DNA from: a virus
Lineage: Duplodnaviria; Caudoviricetes
IMG/VR virus record: IMGVR_UViG_3300029305_003884
Coordinates: 96,001 to 160,000 of that record
Direction: 5' to 3' (one strand)
Length of the DNA: 64,000 bases
The position numbers and the translations under genes are program-made. Of the stretch, positions 37,435 through 48,900 are shown piece by piece (within the stretch, counting starts at the first letter, position 1; every line of letters starts with the position of its first letter). Below the pieces are notes generated by a model. It was given only the letters and a program-made list of their open reading frames with translations, ran no database searches and was not told the origin of the DNA.

Positions 37435-40400
37435 ATGGCAGCGAAAACACAGATAACTAATAAGGGACTTGAACTATTGGCATCTTCATCTAAGGCGACT
37501 GGCCAGCACTGGTGGATTGGATGGTACGCCCTGGCGTTCGTGCCTGATGAATTGCAGGAAGAGGATGGAGAAAAGCTCAGCCCTTCGATGACGAAGCTGA
37601 CGGAAAATGGAGATATCATCTATAATATCTTCCAGGGCGACATGAACGGTGACGGCTACCAGACGACCAAGGCCAGTTCGAAATTCAAGTCCGTAAACTA
37701 CGATAGCAACATCAAGAAGAACTATCGATATGTTCTTGATGAGGATGGAAAGAACAACCTCGTTACATTCGTTGACGGAACAAAGGGCTTGAAGGGTGCC
37801 TATGTCTATCCTGGTGTCGAGGTGAACACGTCCCGTGACAACAACGGCATCGGCTATACAAAGTCTCAGATTCCGTTGCCTGCCCCGCTGTTGTACACTG
37901 GTGTAAAGGCCGCTGGCGAAGGATGGTCTATCAACGGTATGAACATTTTCCTCGGTTCAGGAAACTATAGCATTGACAAATTCTATCCAGTGGAAGAAGT
38001 CGATGGTGTTGCCGTTCCGAGGGTGTCTACGGATTTCCGTAACTATGAAGGTTACAAGAATGGATTGCCGAAACCAGAGTCTGGGAATAAATATGAAGAT
38101 GGATTGGACGAGTTTAACTCCGACCCTTCCAACCCCAATAAGGTGGATTCAGACGGATGGACTCCTTCTGTATATACTTATACACAGAATGACGAAACGG
38201 ACATGGGCGAAGACTATAACCAATACTGTTTGGAGTATTGGAAAATCCTTTCCATCTCGAACTTCAACAAGTATTGTGCCCCAGTCAACGCATCTAGCCT
38301 CCTGTATGATGAAAATACGGGTTGCCGCAACATGGCCAAGGCCACGAAGTACTTCCCGATTAGCGACTACTCTGTAACGAGTACCGCCAAGACTGCCGAT
38401 AACGAGTATGCTACGGGCATTAAGCTCAAAGTCCAGTTGAAACTCAATGGAAATGCAGAGGACGATGCTTATTTCAAGGACGTTGAAGGTGATGCCGACA
38501 ATGTCGCTTCGTTGATTCCGTCTCCGACCGAAGAACAGCAGAAGTTGTTTAATAGCCAGATGGTCTCGTTCAAGTTTAACCGTATTGGTATCTATGCCGT
38601 TCCGATGAGACAGTACGGATGCTCTGGTGACAGTGCCGAGATGAAGGCCCAGTATCAGATTGATACCGAAGCCGAACCAGTCCTGTTTGCCGTATGTGAA
38701 TGGGATTCCCCAGTCACGTTGAGCGACTCTGGTGAAGGCTTGTCTGAATTCCAGTCCGATATTTTCGTTGACCTCTCCGCAGCAGTCGACGATTCTTCTG
38801 TAATCCGTGAAAGCGCCGTGTTCTACAACCTCTATGAGGACGATGCCATCGACTGGTACAAGAACCAGCTGGTTGCTAACGCTGCCATGGGTGAAGCCAT
38901 CATCAACATGCAGATTGAGATGGGCTATATCCGTGACCAGAAGAATGCCAAGGGATGCTGCCCGAAGCAGGAAGAAATCAAGCAGAATAACAAAGTTTCA
39001 ACTGGGTTGAGAAACCTGGTTGATGCCGAGGATTATAATTCGAACTCTGTTCGGAACAGGCTTGCTGCGGAAGAAGGCAAGGCAATCGATGCAGTGTATT
39101 CCGATACGATACTACATTTTGGTGGATTTGGTGTCCCTCACGTAAACCGAGCAAACCTTCCTGGAATTTATGCACGAAAGACTACGGTAGTTCATGAGCA
39201 GGAAGAAGGCCAGACGCCGATAACGGAAAATCATTATTCCGCTTTCTTTGGCGAAAGCTGTTATATGAAAACTCCGTTCGAGGATGCGGTATTTAAAGAC
39301 AGTGATGATAATGACATTACGTATCATGACATGGCCACAACCTCATACACGGAAGATGAGGAACGGGCTACTAGAATAGGTAAGTTGTGGGTTCGACGAG
39401 ACTTGTATTATGAAGTGTACTCGTTCGTTAAGCCGATGAACCCGATGGTTGATACATTGACTTATGATTATCCTGACGACGTTGACACGAATGGACTTGT
39501 CAATCCAACAGGAACAGTGGTTGATACCTTTGGTGAGACACTGCCTGGTCGGGGCCAAAACGGAACCGTGATAATTACTAAGACCTCAGCGGGCACTAAG
39601 TGGAAGGATAAAGATGCAACAACATCAAACCCAGGGTTGCCGCCTGAGTTGACAGCGGCGGCGGTTCCTGAGCTTTATGCTGAAATAGACCGTTCGCTTT
39701 CAGACTATGAAACCCAACGTGTTTATGAAGTTCCTTATTATCAGTATACGTTAAACCGTGACTACAGTGGGTATGCTGTTGAGAGAACTACATCGTTGAG
39801 GCTGCCGAAAGTACAACTCTACAACATAAACCAGTTGTCTGAGATTAAGCAGCAGTTGAGTTCTACTAAATGGAGAATTCCTACCCTTTCTGACTGGAAA
39901 GCGATTATTGCTGAGAGTACTGATGAAAAAATGGCGAAGATTAGGTCTTCGGCAAACTGGAATCAGACTGGTGGAGATGGTGGGGTTTTCCCGCTTGGTG
40001 GTGCAATGAGTACTCGTTCAGGAAAGACTCTTTACTATGACATGGAGTCTCCTGCAATATACTTGGCTATTGATGGAGTGACCGACCAGGTTGTGGTAAT
40101 GCGTGAAAACCCAGAAACAAATAAATTTGGGTTTGAAATTATTAGTACGCCTAGCGCTCCTAATGGTTCGGTAAATTATATAAGTATCCTCTGTGTAGCT
40201 GATGCCGTCAAGGTGTCCGACCCAATTACTAAGTATAAGCTCGGCTACGACTCATACGCCCTCATGGAAGGAAGCGTTAGTGCGGGTACGCATAATTTCA
40301 ATGCTAGCGAGAATAGCATTATTACCGAGTCCGCTCATTACAATAGCATATTTGGGGGAATGAACAATACTATCAACAACTCGTCCCACAATATGGTGCT

Positions 40401-42246
40401 GAACGGGTTTAATAACCAGTTGATGGGTGCAGTGTTTGCTACGGTTTGCGGTAATGATAATTTACTGCAACTGGATTCTGATAATGCCCCAGTATGCAAC
40501 ACGCTGATGGTTGCTCGTCATAGCGTGGCTCGTGGATGTTTGACCTCGCTAATTGCTACTGAAAATTCTGAAATTGATTCAACAAAGATATGCAGTGTAT
40601 TGGGAAATAACATCAGAATCAATAGCGCTTCTGTATGTTGGTGTTCTCGTATCGCTGCTGATGGTTCAGAGTTTACCCGTGAAGTAAAATGTTCGGACGT
40701 GTTGGCGCATTTGGCACACCACATTCCTCAGCTATACATGACTAGGGCGACGGTGTCAAATGTAGGTGTACCCAATGTAAAAGGCCTCGATGAAGGCACT
40801 GGAATACTGAATTGTAGTGACTTTATTGGATATAACGTACAGTTTTTTGCTAAACCGACCGAAGACCAGTCTGATATTAGCGATGATAGGACTCTATTCT
40901 GTAGTCGCATGGCGGGTCAGTCTTCTGGGTTGATTAAGGCAAAGGCTATTCTGTCTGATGTGTATACTCAGTTCGACGGGTCAGGTTGGAACAGTAGGTT
41001 TAAATACCGAACATTGGAATCAGTATCCATTTACGAGAGTAGCATTAAACTGTGCAATTCTACCATTGGAAGCAACTATATAGACAACCCAGTAGATTCT
41101 GGCAGAATTTCCTTCTGTGATATTTCTCTTTGTTCTAGCATAATGCTGCTGACGACTGAGGGAGCATCTGGTACGACGAAAGATATCGCTTTCGGCGTAA
41201 TGAAACTTGCAAATTCCTGCATTAAGCTGAGCGATTGTGCATATATCTATGATGTAGGTGATAATCATTGTCTGCGTGAATCAAACATCCGTTATGCTAC
41301 ATTGGTGGGTAAGACACTAACTCTGACATCTGGTACCTTCCAGAACATGCATCTGTATGGTTCATTGACTCTGTTCACATCTTTGGCAAACCACCTCATC
41401 TTGAGTGGATTGGATGGAACCAATGTAGGAAATGGATTCGCCGCAAGCAATTATATTTCTGAGTTTGGGTCTTTCATTGTGGCAAACGACCATGGATATC
41501 CGATGATTTGGTCATTGGGTGGCGTTGGTATGTACATGAACAAGATGATTCTCGGAAACTGTGGTGTAAGCGGTGCTTCTGAACCTCATATTGGTGATGT
41601 CCTTACTGTCGTAGGTGTTGAAGGTAATTTGGCGACAGTTGCCTGGATGCCGGGTGGCACGAACGGAAAGTTTGGAACAATCAATTTGGAAGTGACGTTC
41701 AAGTGTGCTAATACTGGATGGGCACAGGGTGCAGGCGGCGAATATGCAATGAACCTGTGGGCTCTAAGAGACACCAGTAGGGCAGATTGCATTGTCCTAA
41801 ATGGCGAGAATATTCCTAATAGTGGCAATGTGGTTGAGACCATGAATGGACGCCTTGGTAATAGCGATATTAAATTCAAGGTTGAGAATGGCCTGTTGGT
41901 GCTTGAAAACACGGGTAGCGACACCTATACGATTTCGGGAAGTGCAGCTTGCGCCGAAGTATCTAGGACTAACGTCGGCGAACCGACGAGTTCATCCTAT
42001 GGCTGGAATATGTGGGATACTGATGACTTTATACCTATGCCTCTTGGTCATTATTCCGCTGCATTGAATACGGATAGTAATGTCGGTGCCAACGGTACTT
42101 ACGACGATATGCTTAGGTATCTCATTTTGGGCTTTAAGAAGAGCGATGATGCACAAGGTGCTGGAGAGCTATGCGGCGTGACATTGGCTGAGGACCAAGA
42201 GTTGGTATGCAAGTATAGCGTGAATATCAATTATCGGAAGTCGTAA
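37435..42246 (+). CDS. Tail fibre/receptor-binding protein with P2 gpH-like N-terminus, FISUMP-like domain and beta-helix-like region
   Basis: MAAKTQITNKGLELLA and FNRIGIYA..VLFAV (tail-collar fibre N-terminus); WRIPTLSDW..FPLGG..ISILCVAD; NSIFGGMNNTI-type repeats. ATG 37435 chosen because the late motif lies inside the 37378 extension. Confidence 0.7.
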   Translation: MAAKTQITNKGLELLASSSKATGQHWWIGWYALAFVPDELQEEDGEKLSPSMTKLTENGDIIYNIFQGDMNGDGYQTTKASSKFKSVNYDSNIKKNYRYVLDEDGKNNLVTFVDGTKGLKGAYVYPGVEVNTSRDNNGIGYTKSQIPLPAPLLYTGVKAAGEGWSINGMNIFLGSGNYSIDKFYPVEEVDGVAVPRVSTDFRNYEGYKNGLPKPESGNKYEDGLDEFNSDPSNPNKVDSDGWTPSVYTYTQNDETDMGEDYNQYCLEYWKILSISNFNKYCAPVNASSLLYDENTGCRNMAKATKYFPISDYSVTSTAKTADNEYATGIKLKVQLKLNGNAEDDAYFKDVEGDADNVASLIPSPTEEQQKLFNSQMVSFKFNRIGIYAVPMRQYGCSGDSAEMKAQYQIDTEAEPVLFAVCEWDSPVTLSDSGEGLSEFQSDIFVDLSAAVDDSSVIRESAVFYNLYEDDAIDWYKNQLVANAAMGEAIINMQIEMGYIRDQKNAKGCCPKQEEIKQNNKVSTGLRNLVDAEDYNSNSVRNRLAAEEGKAIDAVYSDTILHFGGFGVPHVNRANLPGIYARKTTVVHEQEEGQTPITENHYSAFFGESCYMKTPFEDAVFKDSDDNDITYHDMATTSYTEDEERATRIGKLWVRRDLYYEVYSFVKPMNPMVDTLTYDYPDDVDTNGLVNPTGTVVDTFGETLPGRGQNGTVIITKTSAGTKWKDKDATTSNPGLPPELTAAAVPELYAEIDRSLSDYETQRVYEVPYYQYTLNRDYSGYAVERTTSLRLPKVQLYNINQLSEIKQQLSSTKWRIPTLSDWKAIIAESTDEKMAKIRSSANWNQTGGDGGVFPLGGAMSTRSGKTLYYDMESPAIYLAIDGVTDQVVVMRENPETNKFGFEIISTPSAPNGSVNYISILCVADAVKVSDPITKYKLGYDSYALMEGSVSAGTHNFNASENSIITESAHYNSIFGGMNNTINNSSHNMVLNGFNNQLMGAVFATVCGNDNLLQLDSDNAPVCNTLMVARHSVARGCLTSLIATENSEIDSTKICSVLGNNIRINSASVCWCSRIAADGSEFTREVKCSDVLAHLAHHIPQLYMTRATVSNVGVPNVKGLDEGTGILNCSDFIGYNVQFFAKPTEDQSDISDDRTLFCSRMAGQSSGLIKAKAILSDVYTQFDGSGWNSRFKYRTLESVSIYESSIKLCNSTIGSNYIDNPVDSGRISFCDISLCSSIMLLTTEGASGTTKDIAFGVMKLANSCIKLSDCAYIYDVGDNHCLRESNIRYATLVGKTLTLTSGTFQNMHLYGSLTLFTSLANHLILSGLDGTNVGNGFAASNYISEFGSFIVANDHGYPMIWSLGGVGMYMNKMILGNCGVSGASEPHIGDVLTVVGVEGNLATVAWMPGGTNGKFGTINLEVTFKCANTGWAQGAGGEYAMNLWALRDTSRADCIVLNGENIPNSGNVVETMNGRLGNSDIKFKVENGLLVLENTGSDTYTISGSAACAEVSRTNVGEPTSSSYGWNMWDTDDFIPMPLGHYSAALNTDSNVGANGTYDDMLRYLILGFKKSDDAQGAGELCGVTLAEDQELVCKYSVNINYRKS

Positions 42247-42881
42247 TGAAGCTCTGCCAACTGAACCTGACAACGAAGTGCAACTTTTCCTGTCCAGAAT
42301 GTCCGACAGGAGAGTGGCACAACTTTGTCGAAAAGCCTCAGTATATTGTGAAGAATGCGGACTTGTTCCGTTTTCTTCGCAAACTGCCGCCTGATGTATG
42401 GGAAGTCGAACTGACGGGTGGAGAACCCTCCCTGTATGACGGTATAGATGAATTGGTCAACTGGCTTGAACTTAACGGTTATCACGGCGAGATAAAGACA
42501 AACGGTTCACGCAAGATTCCTCGTATGGGTTCAATGAAGATGATATCGGCATGGCACAGATGGGACCAGAGGCCGATAGACTACGACATGATACTCATAG
42601 TCAAGAACCTGTTCGACCACGAGGCCGAGAAGATTCAGTATTGCGAGGACAACCACATCCCGTATAGGCTTACTGACCGTATTGGAGACCAGCACCCTCG
42701 GTACAGGCATGGCATCAAGGGCTACATTGGGGTAAACCCTGCTGGCTCAATCGTACCTTGCCCTAAGATGAGTGCGAATGACTCGATGCCTAGAATATCT
42801 GACAAAGAATACACATTGCCAAAGGGGTATATCTGCCCTTGGTGCAAGACGGGACAGGACTATGAGATATTTACAAAATGA
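42246..42881 (+). CDS. Radical SAM enzyme with short C-terminal Cys cluster (twitch-like)
   Basis: CNFSCPEC (CxxxCxxC), LTGGEP, IKTNGS, then VNPAGSIVPC...CPWC. Confidence 0.9.
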   Translation: MKLCQLNLTTKCNFSCPECPTGEWHNFVEKPQYIVKNADLFRFLRKLPPDVWEVELTGGEPSLYDGIDELVNWLELNGYHGEIKTNGSRKIPRMGSMKMISAWHRWDQRPIDYDMILIVKNLFDHEAEKIQYCEDNHIPYRLTDRIGDQHPRYRHGIKGYIGVNPAGSIVPCPKMSANDSMPRISDKEYTLPKGYICPWCKTGQDYEIFTK

Positions 42882-42904
42882 AGCGGGTTATTTCCCGCTT
42901 TTTT
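42881..42904 (+). terminator. Intrinsic terminator
   Basis: AAGCGGG-TTATTT-CCCGCTTTTTT. Confidence 0.8.
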
Positions 42905-42926
42905 GATATCTTTTTTATCTCCATTA

Positions 42927-42936
42927 TATAAACTAT
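42927..42936 (+). promoter_or_regulatory. Putative late promoter TATAAACTAT
   Basis: Exact decamer. Confidence 0.75.
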
Positions 42937-42969
42937 ATGTGAAATTGAGTCCATTACAGGGATTTTAGT

Positions 42970-45900
42970 ATGAATATGCCGCAAATTGTGCTCGAAGCCA
43001 TGTCCCCCAAAGATATTGACAAGGCAGTCAAGGCAGACGCCAGAGAGAACTTTCAGAAGCTGATAAGCTATACGTTCCCGATAACCGAGGAAATGGCGAA
43101 AAACGCCCACTCGTACGAGATTGAGAAGCGGGTAACAGAAGAGCATCAGCCAGTCACCTTTGAATGGGTTGCCAAACACTATTCGGACCGTGATGTCGGC
43201 ATGATGATTGACCTTGCCAAAAGCATTCTGCCGAAGAAGCGTGTACGCAGCATTTTCTTCAGTACGAAGAGTCCGAAGGAACAGGCGTATTACGCCCGAC
43301 AGTATCATGAACTTGCCGCACTTAAATGTGATGATGGTTCGGACGGCGTTAAGGACGTGCCGACCGTATTCGAGCGGTTCTTGAAGCTTATCGGTAAGAA
43401 ATTGAACGAGAAGGCGGATAACACCTTTGTTACTACGTATGATAAAGAAGGTGTACCCACAACGAAGAAGCTGGATGGTGAGGCTCAGCTCAACGAAGTC
43501 GCTGGAAGCTACTATAGCGTGCTCGAAGAGGCATTGAAGACCAACTATGTCTCTGTCATGAAGCAGATGAGTACCCAGAAGTATACCGAATCTGAGGATG
43601 TCGGTAGATATGCGGCTTTCCTCAGGTACATCTTCCAGTATGTGGACGATGCACGTACGCAGAGGAACCCATCTACTGGCGAGAAAAAGCAAATGCCCCT
43701 GAAGGAGCTCTTCGGCATGGGTAGCGAGAACCTCGCTAGGAAAGTGTTGTCGCCGATTTCTGGAAGCTCTTTGGGTGCTAAGACTAACTGGGGTTCTGTT
43801 CTCAATGCGGGTAATGCCATACTGAAGAGAATCGACCCGTCGAGGCTGACTAACAGTAACCTGGATGATATCTATATCTATCCTCAGTATGTCGTCGATG
43901 TGCTGTCTCTGACGAATGAGACTATACCGAGGTTCTGCGCCGTGTTGAAAAACCACAATTACGGTGACATTGCCGAAGCGTTGAGTAATGGAAAGCCTAC
44001 TGGTAAGGCACAGAACACGAAGCTTGACATTACGTCATCTCGCCTTATTGCGGCGTTGAAGGACAAGGGAGTCATCAGTGACTGCCTCAAGGCAGACCTT
44101 GCTGATGTTTTCAAGAAGTGGGGAGACAGCTGGGTGACTCAGGAACCTAGCGGCAATGTCACTATTTCGTTGGATAAAACCCTTGCTGAAAGGCCGAAGA
44201 TGGATAATGCTGATGAGAATACTGTCAGAGCAGTCGGTGTCGCAATTGGCCAGCCTAAAAAGCGTTCTAATACCTTCCGTGAATATACGGGCGAAGACAT
44301 TGTCGACCAGGCTCATAGGGACATGACCGTAGCTAAGGCTACGGTTGTCAAGAACCTTAGCCAGGAAAAGATTGATGCGGAACTCGAACGTATGAAGATG
44401 GAAGGCGTTCCGCTTTCTCAGAGACTGGACAACTTGAAGACTGATGAGGGAATCGGTAAGGCCGAAGATAAGCTCGGACGTGATATTGGCAAGGATATGA
44501 AGGCCGCTAAGAACTATAAAGGCGACGCCGCTGAGACAAGTGTCGTGTTCTTTACGGATGACGGTAAATCTCACACATACAAGGTTGGTCCTCAGATTGA
44601 TATCCAGCTTGCCAAAGATGTCGTCCCGAATGTTTTCTTCCGTAAATCGCAGGCTGGTGTCTACTTCATCGCTATTCCGCACGGAGTTGCATTTGCCACC
44701 ATGCAGAATAAAGAAGGTGAAATCATTCGCAACGATACGCCTGATACCTTGACCGATGGATTGACCTGCAATAATAAGAGGGCTATCTTCGCCTCGGTGA
44801 AGGAATTGATGAATTCAGCTATCGGTAGGTATAGCAGGGCTGTTGCTCATGATGGAAAAACAGGTCGAATTCGTTTCAGCTCACCTGCAGCGAATAACGC
44901 ATATGCCCAGGTTCTTGCTGCCTTGAAGGAAATGAAGGCTCAGGACCTGGCGTTCCCTGATGTAAAAGTAACGGACATGACTGGTCTAGTCACCTTGTTT
45001 AAGAGCATTCTTTCGGTGACTGTTCCTGATGAGGAGAATATCAATGAGATTCTAAAGCCGTTCTCGACCCCAGGAAACGACTTGACGATGACTGTTGAGA
45101 CGTACAATCCTGCTACTGGAAAATTCGTATTCAATACTAAGGCGTCCCCGAAAACGCTAGTCACCCACTTGAAGGAGATGTACAACCTTGGTAGTCCAAA
45201 GGTTGTTATGAACGTCTTGAACGTGCTCGTTCCAAATAGGTGGAACCTGAGCGAATGGAACTACTCTAACGTAGTGAGAGCCGCAAAGGCGATGAATGCT
45301 GAGGGTGATGAGGACGAAGGCGATGCCCAGAATGCGTATTATGGAGACCTGAACGACGCTTTTAAGAAAGCGTATGAAAGGGTGTTCCCTAATCCAGATG
45401 AGGCAAACTTCGATTTGGAACATACGAAGGATTTGCGAGATGAAATCGTCGCTGAATTGGCTGAGTATGGAAACAACGAGGCCGCACGAGATGTCTTGAA
45501 GATAAAATTCAGTGATTTTACCGATTTCACCCGTCAGCTGGAAAATGTTGGCAAGTATAATGATGCCGATACGGATGGCCAGCCAGACGATGGCACGGAT
45601 AGTGTCGATTATTTTGATGACCATGCCGTCGTTGACGAAAATGGCTATAACAGCTATGAGAATTACAATGACGCTATGTCTCACGTCGATGCACAAGAAG
45701 ACGAGGAATCGATTCCTGACACAAGTGCATTCGGCGATGATGATAGCAATCTAGCACAGAGAGCGCTCGACTCTGCAATAAGGACGGTGTGCGGAACGAC
45801 TGAGCCTTCTTCTATTGATGCCGCCCGTACTTCCCGTATACAAACTACGCTTGCAAAACTTTTGGTCAAACTTCAGTCCAAAGGCTTCATTCGCATTAAA

Positions 45901-48900
45901 ATTGCTCATGCAGTACAATCTATTCAGTTCAAGAATTATGCCGATTTCAGGAATAAGTACTGGTCTATTGTTGCGGATGCGATTGAAAAACGTCCTGGTG
46001 TTAGCGATAACCGTCTCCGTATGGATAAATTTGTCGAGGATGACATCAACGCTTATGCTAAGCCGATGTACTTTACCAAGCAAATCTTGCGTTCAGGCTT
46101 GGATGATGCCGCCTATAATGGAAGTGACCGTATGGTTATTCCAGTAATGGGTGCGTTGATGATTAAATATGCGACGGAGCACGCAATCAAGAACAATAGT
46201 CTTGAGCAATTGTTCGACCGTGACGACCTGGTTGAATCGTTCAACGAGAATTTCACTAAGGAATATGACGAGAAGAAATCGGCAGGTACACCTGATTTTA
46301 ATGCATATGCTGCGATGAAGCAGAAAATCGACGCTGACCCAGAATACATCACGAAGGTTGCCAATATTGTCGTGAAGAATGCCGATGGTGTTGTCAAGGA
46401 TGTGATGGGAGTTCCTGTCGGTAGCGGAAGTATGCCTGTTCAGTTCGATGCCCAGACTGCAAGGACGCCTGGTTCGCCGGGTCGAGTGCTTGTAGACTTC
46501 TGCCTGTACAATGTCGAAAGCGACAAAACGGCGGAAAGGAATAGGCTGCATGAGGCATTCGGTGCCAGCAACAGTATCCGTATCATGTTGGAGAAATTGC
46601 GTCGTTCTGTTCCGAGTGAGTGCTTGTCTATCGACTACGGCAACGTTCCAAACGGTCCAGGAAAATTGGATACGATGGACGCAAAGAAGATTGAAGAAAG
46701 TGAATGGTCAAATCTGAAGTCATATTACGGACGTGCTTCGATTTGGAAGGATAGGTACAGTAGCCTTAAATCCAAAATCGATGACATTTACAGGCTTGGT
46801 AGTCCAGACGCCTTCGAGGTGGATGCGGGCGATACTTCTCCGTATAAGTACGACAATAAAATGATTGACCTTGGAGCGGTTCATGATTTCTTTACGAGCC
46901 TGATGACGTTGGCTAGTACGTACAATGACCTCGGTGCCAGTGAGAAGAACGGAAGCGTTACTGAAAGACAGGTTGCTCGTCAGATGACTCTAAACAATGA
47001 GGTGCAACGCCAGAAGGTGCTCATCAATTCTCATTTCATGAAGTTGAAGGCTTCGTTTGATAGCATATACAATGGAGTGAAGAATGGTGGTACGTTGACC
47101 GAGAAGCAGAAGAACATTGTTGATATGGTGATGCATGAGGTCGTGCTGAACCCGATGAACGTGCTTATCAACAATAACGCAAGGCTCATCACGGCATTCG
47201 CCTACTATGAAGCCCTCGTCGGTATGAAGGGCGAACGTGACCTGTCGCCAACGGGACGGGAATATGGCTTTGGTAGTGATGCTGCTAAGGGTCTTGGTAA
47301 GGAAGGCGAGATTGTTGGCCGTAATTCTGCGGTTGATACAGCTGACGCTGGTCTGCAGCTGGTTTATACAATCATGGGGACGAAGGGTATCCGTGAAAAG
47401 GCGGCTCAGATTGAAAAACATATCAGCCCAGAGAAGGCTAAGTCCGACTTTGAGGAGTATTTCGCTGAGTTCGGAAGTCAGTATCCAACCGCTGTTGACC
47501 TCTTGAACAGCGTATCCACTAAGGAAGAGCTCAAAAAGAAGAAGGGCGATAGGATGTTCTTCTGTGACTATGCGGGTGATATTCCGAAGAGAATCACTGA
47601 ATCCGAAAGCCTGTACATGGCACGAGTCCGCCAAATTCGTACGAGCGAAATGATACTGCTTATGTTCAATCTGTCTTCTGATATCCTGAACTCTGTGAAT
47701 GGACACGGATACGGAAATGACATGAATGAATACCATCGTATCATGGCCGCTCAGGGTGGATTGGTGAACTCCGATGCAATGGCTGACGGAAGCATTGAGA
47801 TACTATCCAAGAAACTTCTGAATGAGCTTGTTAATGTTGATGCCGAGCTTGCATTGGCAACTGATGCTGTTTCGAAACGTGGCGGTAATAACCCTGCCGA
47901 AAAGGCTCGTGGCGTTCTGCGTGGTAGGGAAAAGTATCCGCAGAACAAGACGAATGAGTTTATCGATGAGCTTGTCAGCGATGATAAGCTTGACGTTAAC
48001 AAAATGCAGGACCTGCTCGTTGAAATGGGCCGTGATGGAAATCCCACCCTCGTTGGCGGCGGTAGTGCGATGAACCTTGATGCAAGCTTGGATGTATTGG
48101 ACGTAGGGGATAACAATATGCTTATCCACTCCAACAACAAACTCAAGTTGCGCCAGGGCGATTTCCTTGTCATTCGTGCAGGTAATGCTGTCCGAGTGGC
48201 GAACGTGCAGGCTGTTGCAGGCGACGCTAAACTGAGGAACTACTATATTGACCGAGTGTATGACCTCAAGGTTGGCGACGAGAAAGTTCCGTTCAGCCGC
48301 TTCCAGTCAAGAAACGTACTTTCTCCTCGTGATTTGATGGATAGATTCGACGATGTCATCGTAACATTGGGCGAATGGCATGATGATTACCCGGATTTTG
48401 TCCCTGCGGATATCATACACAAACTTATCGTGTTGAACCAGGTATACCGTACGTCTGCATGTTCTGATGTGATGAAGTCAGCAGTTTCTTACTATGCATG
48501 GCGTGCCAGCAATTACCGAGAAGAGAGCCTCAAGCCACAAGAAATTGTGTTCAAGGGTGCTCCTATTAACGGTTCGGTTGTGAGAAAGCTTGTCCTGGCG
48601 ATAGTTGAAGACTTGAAGAAGTTCGGTCGTGGCGGTGAGCTTGAACATCTGGACCGTTATGACACGATTTGGAATATGCTGCCTGATGATTTCAGGGAAG
48701 TTGCGGCTCAGTTCAATCTCAGCATCGGTTCTCCGTCTGCTGGCAAGGAAGAGGCCAAGGATTACTCCAACATCGTGAAAGCAACAAGTCTTGACCTGAA
48801 CCAGAAAAACATCATGTCTAGTCTCGTTGCCGCTATCGGAAAGCGCTATGGACGTGTGAAGCTTGCATATATCGACAAGGCATTGCAAAAGCCAGAAATC

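Noticed and set aside
39290-40203. Diversity-generating retroelement target
   Set aside because: No reverse transcriptase or template/variable repeat pair is visible in the window, and the domain is internal rather than C-terminal.
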